Shown here in pieces: positions 36,511 to 46,393 of a stretch of 64,000 bases of DNA. Under the pieces are notes generated by a model that did not search any database, was not told where the DNA came from, and was given only the letters and a program-made list of their open reading frames with translations. Source of the DNA: Candidatus Nomurabacteria bacterium RIFCSPHIGHO2_02_40_30 (GTDB taxonomy: Bacteria; Patescibacteriota; Minisyncoccia; Phycocordibacterales; UBA9973); the NCBI GenBank assembly GCA_001785445.1, contig MFTV01000010.1, positions 19,235-83,234 on the forward strand. Reading direction: 5' to 3'. The position numbers were made by a program, and so were the translations under genes. The stretch's first letter is position 1. Each line of letters starts with the position of its first letter.

Positions 36511-37060
36511 TTTAGAAAATAAAATCGAAGCAATATTATTCTGGAAAGGAGAGCCAATGTCACGCAAAAAGTTGGCAGAGATTTTGAAAGTGGGACAAAC
36601 GGAACTAAATGAGGGAATAGAAAAGCTCAAAGAAAATTTAAGCGGTAGAGGAATAGTGTTGATAGAAAAGGAAAATGATTTAATGCTTGGCACAATGCCC
36701 GAGCTTTCCAAGCTCATTGAAGATTTACAAAAAGAAGAATTAAATAAAGACCTTTCTAAAGCGAGCCTTGAGACACTTTCTATTATTCTCTATAAAAATG
36801 GTGCAAATAGAGCCGAGATAGACTATATACGGGGAGTGAACTCTAGCTTCACTCTACGCGCGCTTTCTATTCGTGGATTAGTAGAAAAAACTACCGACCC
36901 AAAGGATAGCCGACGCTATATTTACAAACCAAGCTTCGAACTCTTGTCCTTCATGGGCGTAAAATCCGTGGAAGAATTACCGGACTATAGTGAAGTAAAC
37001 AATGGCATCGAAATTGCCGCTAAAAATTTAGAGGAGGAAATTAAAGAAGAGAGTAATTAG
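36503..37060 (+). CDS. scpB: Segregation and condensation protein B
   Basis: IEAILFWKGEPMSRKKLAEIL followed by tandem winged-helix domains. Overlaps scpA by 8 nt. Confidence 0.8.
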   Translation: MINLENKIEAILFWKGEPMSRKKLAEILKVGQTELNEGIEKLKENLSGRGIVLIEKENDLMLGTMPELSKLIEDLQKEELNKDLSKASLETLSIILYKNGANRAEIDYIRGVNSSFTLRALSIRGLVEKTTDPKDSRRYIYKPSFELLSFMGVKSVEELPDYSEVNNGIEIAAKNLEEEIKEESN

Positions 37061-37899
37061 AGGCAGTCGGGGTTGATGCTCAAAACATAATTCTTGATTA
37101 AATCTTCTCCTTCTACAAATTCACCTCCTTCAAAACCCGAGATATCTTTTTCTTTTACTAAATTTTTATACTCTTCCGTAAAAGTTCGTGCAAGTGGCAG
37201 ATATGACCAGTGCCATTTTTCTTCATTGTGGCCGGTTGGCCTGTTCTCGCCTTTTAAATTATAAGTCTGACAAAATCCGAAATCTTTGGCATTTTTTACC
37301 AGCCAGTCATAAACTTTTCCTCCTGTTTCTCCTTCGAAATACTTTGGATTGGCATTATTTATGTCTATATCCGTACCCCAGTGGTGGCGAGAGGCGCTGG
37401 GCACGGCGCTATACTCCAATATTTTTTTAAATCTTTCTCGTCCATCCGATATACTTTTCGATAAATCTTCTCCGTCCACTATGGTGTAACCGGTCCACTT
37501 TTTATTCCACAAATCTTTTTGGTAGTCGAAATTTCTGGCAGCTGAAGCTATTTTTAGCTCTACTCCATCAGCTTCTGCAGCTTCCCTCATTTTCAGAAAT
37601 GCGTTCAGAGTTTCTTTTCTCAAATACATTTTGTAGCCACCAATATTGTATTTTTCTGGCACCGGAGCGAAATCTTTTCTCTCGGCTGGGTCAAATTTGC
37701 CTAATAAATAAACTTTTACTTTGGCTTCTTTGAGTGCCTGTTCGGCTTTCAAGATTCTCTGTTCGATTTCTTCGTTTTCCTTTTTCTGTCGCAAGTCCAT
37801 AAAATCTGAAGTTAGGCGGGGGGTCAGCACAATAAATATCATAAAGAAAGTTACAAACGCGTATATGAAATTTGGAGCATGTTTTTCGATGGGATTCAC
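37057..37899 (-). CDS. M15-family peptidase (VanY-like D-Ala-D-Ala carboxypeptidase)
   Basis: N-terminal TM helix. ...AARNFDYQKDLW...SRHHWGTDIDI... is a VanY/M15B-type zinc-binding arrangement (H..G.A.D). Confidence 0.6.
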   Translation of the reverse strand: MNPIEKHAPNFIYAFVTFFMIFIVLTPRLTSDFMDLRQKKENEEIEQRILKAEQALKEAKVKVYLLGKFDPAERKDFAPVPEKYNIGGYKMYLRKETLNAFLKMREAAEADGVELKIASAARNFDYQKDLWNKKWTGYTIVDGEDLSKSISDGRERFKKILEYSAVPSASRHHWGTDIDINNANPKYFEGETGGKVYDWLVKNAKDFGFCQTYNLKGENRPTGHNEEKWHWSYLPLARTFTEEYKNLVKEKDISGFEGGEFVEGEDLIKNYVLSINPDCL

Positions 37900-38007
37900 T
37901 TGAAAACATTACCATATAAAGCTATATTTAGGCAATGGAGGCTCAAACAAAAACCTGTCACCCCGAACGAAAGCAAAGCTTCGTACGGGGCAGGAAATTG
38001 TAAAAAT

Positions 38008-39726
38008 ATGGAAAAGAAATCACAAAAGGTGGTGTGTCAGAATTGTAGGGCTAATTTCGTCATCGAACCGAATGATTTCGGTTTTTATGAAAAAATAAAA
38101 GTTCCACCACCGACCTTTTGTCCAGAATGCCGAAGACAGCGCAGATGGGCTTGGAGGAACAATATGTCTCTTTACTCTAGGAAATGTAAACTATGCGACG
38201 AATCTGTAATTTCTATTTATTCTCCGGATTCTAGTATTATTATTTACTGCAATAAATGCTGGTGGAGCGATAAGTGGGACCCAAAAAGCTACGGAAAAGA
38301 GTATGATTTCTCAAAACCATTTTTTACGCAGTTCAAGGAGCTAATGCAGAAAGTGCCTCATATGTCAGTGGTCAATGATGATGGTATTGCGAGCGTAAAC
38401 TGTGAGTACACCCACGATTGGTGGTTTTCCAAAGACTGCTATATGTGCTTCTCCGGCTGGAATGTGCAGAGCGTTATGTATAGTTTTTTTATGTTGCAGG
38501 GACGGGACATGATGGACTGCAATATTATTCGTTCCAAAAGTGAAAATCTATATGAATGCGTGCGCGGCAAAAATTCGTATCAATTGAAATATTCCCAACT
38601 ATGCTTGGCTTGCATCGATTCCCAATTTTTATATGATTGCGCCAACTGCTCGAATTGTTTTATGTGCGCCAACCTAAGGAACAAAAAATATCATTTTAAG
38701 AATAAAGAGTATTCCAAAGAGGAGTATGAAAAGATTTTAGCAAGTTACCGGCTCGATACATTTTCTGGTGTAGAGAGAGCGCAAAAAGAATACGATGAGT
38801 TTATTTTGCAGTATCCCAGAAGGTATGTGTTTATAACCCACAGCTTGAATTGCAATGGTGACCATATTTCTTTTTCTAAAAATTTAAAAAATTGTTTCGT
38901 GGCTAAAAATTGTGAAAACTGCAGGTATTCTGAATTTATCGGTGATGCCAATAACCCGAACAAAGACTGCTACGATATCACCATGTCCGGCGGGGTGTCA
39001 GAAAGCTATGAAGGGGTAGTCATAGATCACTCACAGCTCAATCTTTTCTCTGTATTCTCCGTTAAGAGCCAAGACTTGAAGTACACACAACATTGCCACA
39101 ACTGCAAGCACTGCTTCGGCTGTGTCGGTTTGCGGAATGCAAACTACTGCATTTTTAACAAACAATATACGAAAGAAGAATATGAAAAGCTTATGCCGAA
39201 AATTATAGGACACATGAATAAAATGCCCTATGTTGACCACATAGGAAATTCCTATGGATATGGGGAATTTTACCCCATAGAGATGTCACCCTTCGGCTAT
39301 AATGAAACATACGCTCCAGAGCTTCAGATGTTTACAAGGGAGGAAGCAGAAAATAACGGCTACAACTGGCGGGAGAATGTACAAAGAACTAAAGGCAAGG
39401 AAACTATTTATCCGGAGGACATTCCGAATTCTGTTGATGATGTGGCAGACAATATACTCGACGAAGTTTTGTGCTGCATTGTCTGTGAAAGAAATTATAA
39501 AATTGTTCCAAAGGAGCTTATTTTTTATAGAAAGTTAAAAATTCCGATTCCACGCAGATGTTTCTACTGCCGTTACCAAATGCGCCTACTCAAAACAAAC
39601 TCTTTGAAGCTCTGGCATAGAAAGTGCATGAAAGAAGGCTGTAAAAATGAATTTGAGACCTCATATGCACCGGAGCGGCCGGAAATTGTTTATTGTGAAA
39701 AATGTTATCAGAGTGAGGTATATTAA
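38008..39726 (+). CDS. Cysteine-rich multi-zinc-ribbon protein, paralog 5 of 5
   Basis: Start set at MEKKSQKVVCQNCRANFVIEPNDFGFYEKIKVPPPTFCPECRRQRR (ATG 38008); the longer 37879 start would overlap the divergent gene. Has the WWSDKWDPKSYGKEYDFSKPFF motif and C-terminus CKNEFETSYAPERPEIVYCEKCYQSEVY. The stop lies 15 nt before mraY. Confidence 0.85.
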   Translation: MEKKSQKVVCQNCRANFVIEPNDFGFYEKIKVPPPTFCPECRRQRRWAWRNNMSLYSRKCKLCDESVISIYSPDSSIIIYCNKCWWSDKWDPKSYGKEYDFSKPFFTQFKELMQKVPHMSVVNDDGIASVNCEYTHDWWFSKDCYMCFSGWNVQSVMYSFFMLQGRDMMDCNIIRSKSENLYECVRGKNSYQLKYSQLCLACIDSQFLYDCANCSNCFMCANLRNKKYHFKNKEYSKEEYEKILASYRLDTFSGVERAQKEYDEFILQYPRRYVFITHSLNCNGDHISFSKNLKNCFVAKNCENCRYSEFIGDANNPNKDCYDITMSGGVSESYEGVVIDHSQLNLFSVFSVKSQDLKYTQHCHNCKHCFGCVGLRNANYCIFNKQYTKEEYEKLMPKIIGHMNKMPYVDHIGNSYGYGEFYPIEMSPFGYNETYAPELQMFTREEAENNGYNWRENVQRTKGKETIYPEDIPNSVDDVADNILDEVLCCIVCERNYKIVPKELIFYRKLKIPIPRRCFYCRYQMRLLKTNSLKLWHRKCMKEGCKNEFETSYAPERPEIVYCEKCYQSEVY

Positions 39727-39741
39727 TGATATAGTGTATAT

Positions 39742-40800
39742 ATGTATCTAGATTTAGTTAAAATTTTTGTACCGACTACATTTGCCTTTTTTCTGGGTAT
39801 TTTTATTACGCCTTTGGCTACCCATTTTTTCTACAAATATAAAATGTGGAAGAAAAAAGCAAGGAGTGAAGATATAACATCCGCTGATTTCAAATTAATC
39901 CATCAACAGAAAGAAGAAACTGAAATTTCAACCCCATGCGTGGGCGGTATTGTCATCTGGGTTTCTGCACTCTTCACTGTTTTTGTATTTTTTCTGTTGT
40001 CAGTTATTTTTCCGAATGATTTGTTTTCAAAATTAAATTTTTTCAGTCGTTCGCAAACTTTTATCCCTGTGGGCATATTTATATTGGGAGCCATATTGGG
40101 ACTGGTGGACGACGTTTTGGAAATTAGAGGCAAAGTGGATATAACCAGAAATTCAGCTTGGTATACCAGAATAAAATTATTTATCATAACAATACTGGGC
40201 TTACTCGCAGGCTTTTGGTTCTTTTTCAAACTAGATATGCATTCTGTTCATATTCCTTTTAACGGCAATGTGGAGCTTGGAATTTTATTTATACTGTTTG
40301 TCGTTATTGTGATGCTCTCTACTTTCTCCGGCGGAGTAATAGACGGGCTAGACGGACTCTCCGGCGGAGTTTTGGCATCTATTTTTGGAGCTTACTCTGT
40401 TATCGCTTTCGTCAATAATCAAATAGATTTGGCGACTTTCTCCGGAGTAGTGACAGGCGCAATTTTGGCATTTCTTTGGTTCAATATTCCTCCGGCGCGT
40501 TTCTATATGGGGGAGACCGGCATGATGCCACTTACTATTACTCTCGCCACTATAGCGTTTTTGACGGATACAGTTTTGATTTTACCGATAATAGCCTTTC
40601 CGCTGGTTATTACTTCAGCTTCTTCCAGCCTGCAGCTTCTTGCCAAAAAGTTTTTTGGCAAGAAAGTTTTTCGAGTGGCGCCACTGCATCACCACTTTGA
40701 AGCTATTGGCTGGCCGTCTTACAAAGTTACTATGCGTTTTTGGGTTCTGGCGGTCGTGTCTGCTATTATTGGAATAATTTTAGCGGTCATTAGCAGATAG
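39742..40800 (+). CDS. mraY: Phospho-N-acetylmuramoyl-pentapeptide transferase
   Basis: 10-TM protein with the MraY signature VIDGLDGLSGG and conserved HHHFE near the C-terminus. Confidence 0.85.
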   Translation: MYLDLVKIFVPTTFAFFLGIFITPLATHFFYKYKMWKKKARSEDITSADFKLIHQQKEETEISTPCVGGIVIWVSALFTVFVFFLLSVIFPNDLFSKLNFFSRSQTFIPVGIFILGAILGLVDDVLEIRGKVDITRNSAWYTRIKLFIITILGLLAGFWFFFKLDMHSVHIPFNGNVELGILFILFVVIVMLSTFSGGVIDGLDGLSGGVLASIFGAYSVIAFVNNQIDLATFSGVVTGAILAFLWFNIPPARFYMGETGMMPLTITLATIAFLTDTVLILPIIAFPLVITSASSSLQLLAKKFFGKKVFRVAPLHHHFEAIGWPSYKVTMRFWVLAVVSAIIGIILAVISR

Positions 40801-40838
40801 AGCTTTAGACTCTTAGATAGAGTCTAAAGCTCTATCTG
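40794..40838. repeat. 45-nt perfect palindrome (copy A) at the mraY/ftsW junction
   Basis: cagatagagctttagactct-tagat-agagtctaaagctctatctg has 20-bp arms and a 5-nt loop. It overlaps the mraY stop. A second copy lies at 50029-50075. Confidence 0.7.
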
Positions 40839-40845
40839 CAAAAGT

Positions 40846-41943
40846 ATGAAAACAAAGAAAGTAGACAAATTTTTTCTCGGTATCGTACTTATCTTGATTT
40901 TTTTCGGGCTGGCTATTTTTGTTTCCGCATCTTTGGGCATCTTGGCAAAAAATGAAAAGATTTTTTATTCCGTGCTTTTCAGCCAGCTTGTCTTAGGGCT
41001 TGGGATGGGGTTCGTCGGCATGTACCTTTGTTTTAAAATTGACTACAAGTTTTGGCGTAAATACGCCTTTTATATTTTTTTAGCTTCGACACTGCTCACC
41101 GCGGCTGTTTTTATTCCCGAGCTAGGGTGGAGCCACGGCGGAGCTCAAAGGTGGATACAGTTTGGAGGATTTTCTTTTCAACCGGTAGAAATTTTAAAGT
41201 TTGGTTTTGTGATTTATTTTGCTGCCTGGCTGTCCTGGGCAAAAAACAAAGTGCAGGATTTCAAATTCGGCATATTGCCATTTTTTATAATGATTTCTAT
41301 AATAGCTCTGATTTTAATAAATCAACCCGACACCAAAAGCTTCATTTTAATAGCCACAACAGGCATATCAATGCTTTTTATTTCTGGTGTGTCGATGAAA
41401 AAGATTTTTGGAGCAGGAATTTGTATAGTGTTAGTTTTGATGGCGCTATTGTTATATAAACCTTATTTGCAAGAAAGATTTAAAACTTTTTTAGACCCCT
41501 CGAGTGATCCTAGAGGTTCTTCCTACCAAATCCAACAGTCGTTAATTGCCTTGGGCTCTGGGGGCGCCATAGGCCGTGGATTTGGCCAAAGCGTTCAAAA
41601 ATTTAGCTACTTACCTGAACCGCAGGGAGACTCCATCTTTGCTGTTTTAGGTGAAGAATTAGGTTTTGTGGGAGCAGGCGCAACCATATTTCTTTATCTG
41701 CTTTTTGCTCTGCGCGGATTTCGCATCGCAAATCGCGCACCGGACCCTTTTGGTGGACTTTTAGTCTCGGGGATTGTTATACTGATTACGGTGCAGTCAT
41801 TTATGCACATTGCTTCCATTACCGGAGTCTTCCCGCTTACCGGCGTGCCGCTTCCTTTTATGAGCCATGGCGGCACATCCCTCATGATCTATATGGCAGC
41901 TATGGGTATTGTATTAAACATATCAAAATTTAACAAAAATTAA
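40846..41943 (+). CDS. ftsW: SEDS-family peptidoglycan glycosyltransferase FtsW/RodA
   Basis: 10 TM helices. Conserved SEDS loop ...SDPRGSSYQIQQSLIALGSGGAIGRGFGQS...LPEPQGDSIFAVLGEELGFVG. Confidence 0.85.
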   Translation: MKTKKVDKFFLGIVLILIFFGLAIFVSASLGILAKNEKIFYSVLFSQLVLGLGMGFVGMYLCFKIDYKFWRKYAFYIFLASTLLTAAVFIPELGWSHGGAQRWIQFGGFSFQPVEILKFGFVIYFAAWLSWAKNKVQDFKFGILPFFIMISIIALILINQPDTKSFILIATTGISMLFISGVSMKKIFGAGICIVLVLMALLLYKPYLQERFKTFLDPSSDPRGSSYQIQQSLIALGSGGAIGRGFGQSVQKFSYLPEPQGDSIFAVLGEELGFVGAGATIFLYLLFALRGFRIANRAPDPFGGLLVSGIVILITVQSFMHIASITGVFPLTGVPLPFMSHGGTSLMIYMAAMGIVLNISKFNKN

Positions 41944-41944
41944 C

Positions 41945-43075
41945 ATGAAAATAGTTTTTACAGGCGGAGGAACAGGCGGACACTTTTATCCCATCATCGC
42001 TGTTGTTCAAAAAGTAAACCAAATCATCGACCATGAGAATATAATAGGAGCCAAGCTCTATTATATTTCCAACAGTCCCTATGACAAAGAGATGCTATTT
42101 GAAAACGGACTTTTATACGAAGAAGTAACTTCTGGGAAAATGCGAACCTATTTTTCCCTTAAAAACTTTTCTGATGTGTTTAAAATATTTTTCGGCACAA
42201 TAAATGCAATTTATAAATTATTTTCAATTTACCCTGATGTTGTTTTCGGCAAAGGGGGCTACGCGTCCTTCCCGACAATTTTTGCCGCGAGGTGTCTTCG
42301 CATTCCTGTGGTGATTCACGAATCAGACTCGGCGCCAGGGCGGGTAAATAAATGGGCTGGGCACTTCGCTAAAAAAATAGCCATCTCTTTCCAAGAAGCG
42401 AGCGACTTTTTCCCTAAGAATAGTGTGGCTTGGACTGGACAGCCGATAAGAGCTGAAGTAGAACATCCTGCGCCCAAGGAAGAAGCCTTCGAGTATTTTA
42501 AATTGGAGTCGAAGTTGCCGGTTATTTTAATTTTAGGAGGCTCACAGGGCGCGGAACTTATAAATAACACCATTTTAGATGCAGTTCCAAGACTGGTAAA
42601 AAGTTATCAAGTTATCCACCAAACTGGAGTTAATAATTTTAAAATGGTTGAGGCTCGAGGGAGGGTAGTATTAACCGACAATGAATACAAGCTAAGATAT
42701 CTATCATTTCCTTTTTTAAACAACTTGCAACTGAAAATGGCGGCAGGGGCGGCAACTATTGTTATTTCCCGAGCGGGTTCGGCTCTTTTTGAAATAGCCT
42801 CTTGGGGGTTGCCTTCAATCTTAATACCGTTTACACAATCTAATGCCGACCATGCCAAGAAAAATGCTTTCAACTATGCTCGCGCTGGCGCCTGCAGTGT
42901 CATCGAAGAGGCGAATATGACCGCTAATATTTTAAGTTCAGAAATTGAGAGAATTGTAGGAGATAAGGAAGATTATGCTCGAATGGCAGAAGCGGCAAAA
43001 GTCTTCAATAAACCCGATGCGGCGACGAAAATCGCCCGCGCGCTCGTGGACATAGCTTTAAGCCACGAGAAATAA
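41945..43075 (+). CDS. murG: UDP-GlcNAc:lipid I N-acetylglucosaminyltransferase MurG
   Basis: MKIVFTGGGTGGHFYPIIAV, the MurG N-terminal G-loop, on a GT-B fold. Placement after ftsW is the usual order. Confidence 0.85.
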   Translation: MKIVFTGGGTGGHFYPIIAVVQKVNQIIDHENIIGAKLYYISNSPYDKEMLFENGLLYEEVTSGKMRTYFSLKNFSDVFKIFFGTINAIYKLFSIYPDVVFGKGGYASFPTIFAARCLRIPVVIHESDSAPGRVNKWAGHFAKKIAISFQEASDFFPKNSVAWTGQPIRAEVEHPAPKEEAFEYFKLESKLPVILILGGSQGAELINNTILDAVPRLVKSYQVIHQTGVNNFKMVEARGRVVLTDNEYKLRYLSFPFLNNLQLKMAAGAATIVISRAGSALFEIASWGLPSILIPFTQSNADHAKKNAFNYARAGACSVIEEANMTANILSSEIERIVGDKEDYARMAEAAKVFNKPDAATKIARALVDIALSHEK

Positions 43076-43091
43076 ATGTTAAACTGTTTAA

Positions 43092-44417
43092 ATGGATAAA
43101 AAAGTTGTAACCAGATTTGCACCCAGTCCTACGGGGAAGTTTCATGTAGGCGGTGTTAGGTCGGCGCTTTATAATTACCTTTATGCTAGAAAAAATGGGG
43201 GGAAGTTCATTTTGCGTTGCGAAGATACGGACAAAGAAAGATCCAAAAAAGAATATGAAGATTACTTTCTTGATGTATTTAAATGGCTAGGTTTGAACTA
43301 CGACGAATACTACCGCCAATCTGAACGCACCGCTATTTATAAAAAATACTTGAGTAAACTCATAGAAGAAGGTAAGGCGTATATTTCAAAAGAAGAAATA
43401 AAGGAAGAGGGGCAAAGAAGTGAAGTTATTCGTTTTAAAAATCCCAATATAAGAATTAATTTTCACGACGAAGTATTAGGCGACCTCTCTTTTGACACTA
43501 CGGATTCCAAAGACTTTATTATAGCGCGCGATCTTGAAACTCCGCTTTTTAATTTTACCAATGTTGTGGATGATTTTGAAATGGGAGTCACTCACGTGAT
43601 TCGCGGGCAAGAACATGTGTCCAACACTCCGCGGCAAATTTTAATTGGCGAAGCCATAGGTGCTCCAAGGCTCATTTATGCCCACTGCTCTATTATCTTA
43701 AACGAAGAAAGAGCCAAACTGTCCAAGCGCGACCCTTTGGTGCTTCCAGCTCTTGGCTACAAAGAAGAGGGGTATTTACCGGAGGGCATACTTAACTTCA
43801 TGTCTCTTTTGGGCTGGAACCCCGGTACTCCGGAAGAAATTTTCACCCTGAAAGAATTAGTGGAAGCTTTTTCTATAGAAAGAATGCAAAAGCAGCCAGC
43901 TATATTTAATGTAGATAAGTTACATTGGGTAAATAAAGAACATATCAAGAAGTTGTCTGGAGAGGAAATAGAAAAAAATATTTTAGCATGGCTGAAACCT
44001 GCTTACGCAGGTTTCAGGGAGAGTATCCTTATAAAACTAATTCCGGTGATTCTGGAGAGAATTTCAAAATGGAGCGATGTGAAAAACATGGCCGAAAAGG
44101 GGGAGCTCGACTTCTTCTTTAAACAGCCGGAATATGATAAGAGTAAATTAATTTATAAAAATGCTGCACTCGAAAAAATAGTTTCTAATCTAGGCAAAGC
44201 TATTGTAGTTTTGAAAAATTTAGATGAAAAAGATTTTAATAAAGAAAATATAAAAACAAAATTAATGGATACAGCAGATAGTCTAGATAGTCGAGGTGAA
44301 TTACTACATCCGGTGCGTTTTGCCCTTTCCGGACTAGACAAGTCTCCAGACCCATTTATTATTGCCGAGATTTTAGGTAAAAATGAAACTATTTCAAGAT
44401 TACAGAAAGCTATTTAG
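43092..44417 (+). CDS. gltX: Glutamyl-tRNA synthetase (short form)
   Basis: Class I motifs RFAPSPTGKFHVGGVRSALYNY (HIGH-type HVGG) and KLSKRD (KMSKS-type). Confidence 0.8.
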   Translation: MDKKVVTRFAPSPTGKFHVGGVRSALYNYLYARKNGGKFILRCEDTDKERSKKEYEDYFLDVFKWLGLNYDEYYRQSERTAIYKKYLSKLIEEGKAYISKEEIKEEGQRSEVIRFKNPNIRINFHDEVLGDLSFDTTDSKDFIIARDLETPLFNFTNVVDDFEMGVTHVIRGQEHVSNTPRQILIGEAIGAPRLIYAHCSIILNEERAKLSKRDPLVLPALGYKEEGYLPEGILNFMSLLGWNPGTPEEIFTLKELVEAFSIERMQKQPAIFNVDKLHWVNKEHIKKLSGEEIEKNILAWLKPAYAGFRESILIKLIPVILERISKWSDVKNMAEKGELDFFFKQPEYDKSKLIYKNAALEKIVSNLGKAIVVLKNLDEKDFNKENIKTKLMDTADSLDSRGELLHPVRFALSGLDKSPDPFIIAEILGKNETISRLQKAI

Positions 44418-45663
44418 TATAATTATTTTTACAATACTGATAATACCTTTGGCTTTTTCCCATGCGCAAACAGCCGGAGATTTAAAAGATAAAATAAATC
44501 AAAAAGATGCTGACATTCAGCAACTGGAGAAAGAAATAGCTGCTTATCAGCTAGAGCTTGATACTCTAGGAGAACAAAAAAGCTCCCTCAATAGCGCCAT
44601 CAAACAGCTTGATTTAACAAAGAAAAAATTAAATACCGATATTGCCGTAACGGAGAAAAAGATTGATAAAACAAATCTAAAAATAGAAAGTTTAAGCTCC
44701 GACATAAGTACGAAACAGGACACAATAACAAACAACGTAGAATCTATCAAGTTGGAAATTCGAAAAACCAACGAATTTGAGATGAACAGCATCCTTTCAA
44801 CTCTGCTTTCTGAAAATGACTTTACGGTCATCTGGAACGACATAGACAATATAGCCACGGTGCGGGAAAAAATAAGGCAAGACATAGTCAAGCTAAAAGA
44901 AATAAAGGGGGAACTGGAAGATACCAGGAAAGAAACCATTTCTGCTAAAAATGAACTTACTAAGCTTAAGTCCAGACTTTCTGACCAGAAGAAAATAGTG
45001 GTGCAAAATACAAATGAAAAAAACAAACTGCTAAAGCAGACGAAAAACAATGAAGCTAATTACCAAAAACTGCTTAAAGAGCGAATGGCCGAGAGGGATG
45101 CCTTTGAGAAAGAGTTGCGCGACTACGAAGCCCAGTTGGAATTTATTCTAGATCCGTCCAAACTGCCTTCGGGCGGAGTATTAAGCTGGCCGCTTGAAAG
45201 AATATTTGTGACCCAGCTATTTGGCAAGACAGTAGACTCCAAACGCCTGTATGCATCGGGCACCCACAACGGCGTGGACTTTCGCGCCTCGGTGGGGACG
45301 CCGGTCATGGCTATGGCTGACGGCACAGTTTTGGGGGTAGGAAATACTGACACAACTTGCTATGGAGCATCTTTCGGCAAATTTGTTTTTATAAAATACA
45401 ACAACGGCCTTGCGAGCACCTTTGGGCATTTGTCACTTATAAAGTCATATGAAGGGCAAAGAGTTAGAAGGGGCGAAGTGGTAGGCTATACCGGCAACAC
45501 TGGGCATACCACCGGCCCTCATTTGCACATATCTCTATACGCTTCGGAAGCTGTCAAAATGGCTTCCAAGCCCTCTAAAGCCTGTGGCGGGCGTATTTAC
45601 AGGCTACCCGTTGCGCCGATTAATGCTTACCTTGATGCGTTGTATTATTTGCCTCGGTTGTAG
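44383..45663 (+). CDS. M23 peptidase with N-terminal signal peptide and long coiled coil (EnvC-like)
   Basis: Signal/TM segment, roughly 230 aa of heptad-rich sequence, then a LytM domain: HNGVDFRASVGTPVMAMADGTV...GHLSLIK...GNTGHTTGPHLHISLY. Confidence 0.8.
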   Translation: MKLFQDYRKLFSIIIFTILIIPLAFSHAQTAGDLKDKINQKDADIQQLEKEIAAYQLELDTLGEQKSSLNSAIKQLDLTKKKLNTDIAVTEKKIDKTNLKIESLSSDISTKQDTITNNVESIKLEIRKTNEFEMNSILSTLLSENDFTVIWNDIDNIATVREKIRQDIVKLKEIKGELEDTRKETISAKNELTKLKSRLSDQKKIVVQNTNEKNKLLKQTKNNEANYQKLLKERMAERDAFEKELRDYEAQLEFILDPSKLPSGGVLSWPLERIFVTQLFGKTVDSKRLYASGTHNGVDFRASVGTPVMAMADGTVLGVGNTDTTCYGASFGKFVFIKYNNGLASTFGHLSLIKSYEGQRVRRGEVVGYTGNTGHTTGPHLHISLYASEAVKMASKPSKACGGRIYRLPVAPINAYLDALYYLPRL

Positions 45664-45678
45664 TATAATTTATAGGTT

Positions 45679-45867
45679 ATGAAAAATAAAAAGAGTGGTT
45701 TTATTCAAATAATTATTCTTATCGTCGTTGCTCTTCTAGTGATGCGTTATTTTGGTCTCACTATTTCCGGAATCTTGGATTATTTTGGTCTTACGTGGAC
45801 TGAAATTATTAGTTGGCTCAAAAAAGCCTTGGATTGGCTCAAAGAGTTATTTCAAAGTGTAAAGTAA
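45679..45867 (+). CDS. Small membrane protein (62 aa)
   Basis: Single TM helix (IQIIILIVVALLVMRYF) plus an amphipathic C-terminus. Followed by a terminator-like hairpin and T-run at about 45885-45930. Confidence 0.35.
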   Translation: MKNKKSGFIQIIILIVVALLVMRYFGLTISGILDYFGLTWTEIISWLKKALDWLKELFQSVK

Positions 45868-45944
45868 ATAAAAAATAAAAATACCCCGAAGACCGAAAGG
45901 TAATCGAGGTTCTTTTGGTTTCATTTTTTCTAAAGAACTTACCC

Positions 45945-46380
45945 AGACGAGGGTGACGTGAGATCTGTCCGCTCCTTGCTTAAGATCCAATCACGTCACC
46001 CTTTGCGCTTGGTCAGTGCGTACTGCGTTAGATACCACTGACCTCATTCGGTGTGCGACTTCGAGAGGCACACCGAATGGAACTTTACTCGTCGCCTTGT
46101 AACGACCGAGGCAGGGCAAATGGGTCGCCCTCCTCTGCTACTTCTTCCGTCGTCTTGGCGAGTGGTTCAGGCTTTGTTGCCCGAGTTAAGAAAACAAAAA
46201 TTTGGGCTATCATTGCTAGCGCTAGGCCGGCAAATTCAAGCCACATCAACCTTTCCCATGTCATACGTATCCTCCTATCCATGTTTATACCACAAAGTTA
46301 GAAATAAACAAGGAAAACTAAAGGAGCCTGCCCCAACCGAGTTTCGTTCTGGTTCGGGGTTATCCACAGCTTAGGCTTGG
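45945..46380. other. GC-rich, highly structured region of about 430 nt (candidate structured RNA gene, or foreign DNA carrying a small ORF)
   Basis: Consecutive perfect hairpins: gggtgacgtga/tcacgtcaccc (11 bp), ggtcagtg/cactgacc (8 bp), cattcggtgtgc/gcacaccgaatg (12 bp). Local GC is far above background. No conserved tmRNA or RNase P motif was recognised. A minus-strand 59-65-aa ORF (46085-46282) with an AGGAGG Shine-Dalgarno sequence and one TM helix also lies here. Confidence 0.4.
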
Positions 46381-46393
46381 TGTTATTTTCTGA

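Noticed and set aside
45945-46380. Assigning the GC-rich structured block to tmRNA or RNase P RNA
   Set aside because: I could not find the universally conserved RNase P P4 strands, a tmRNA tRNA-like T-arm/CCA end, or a tag-peptide frame on either strand. Left as unidentified.
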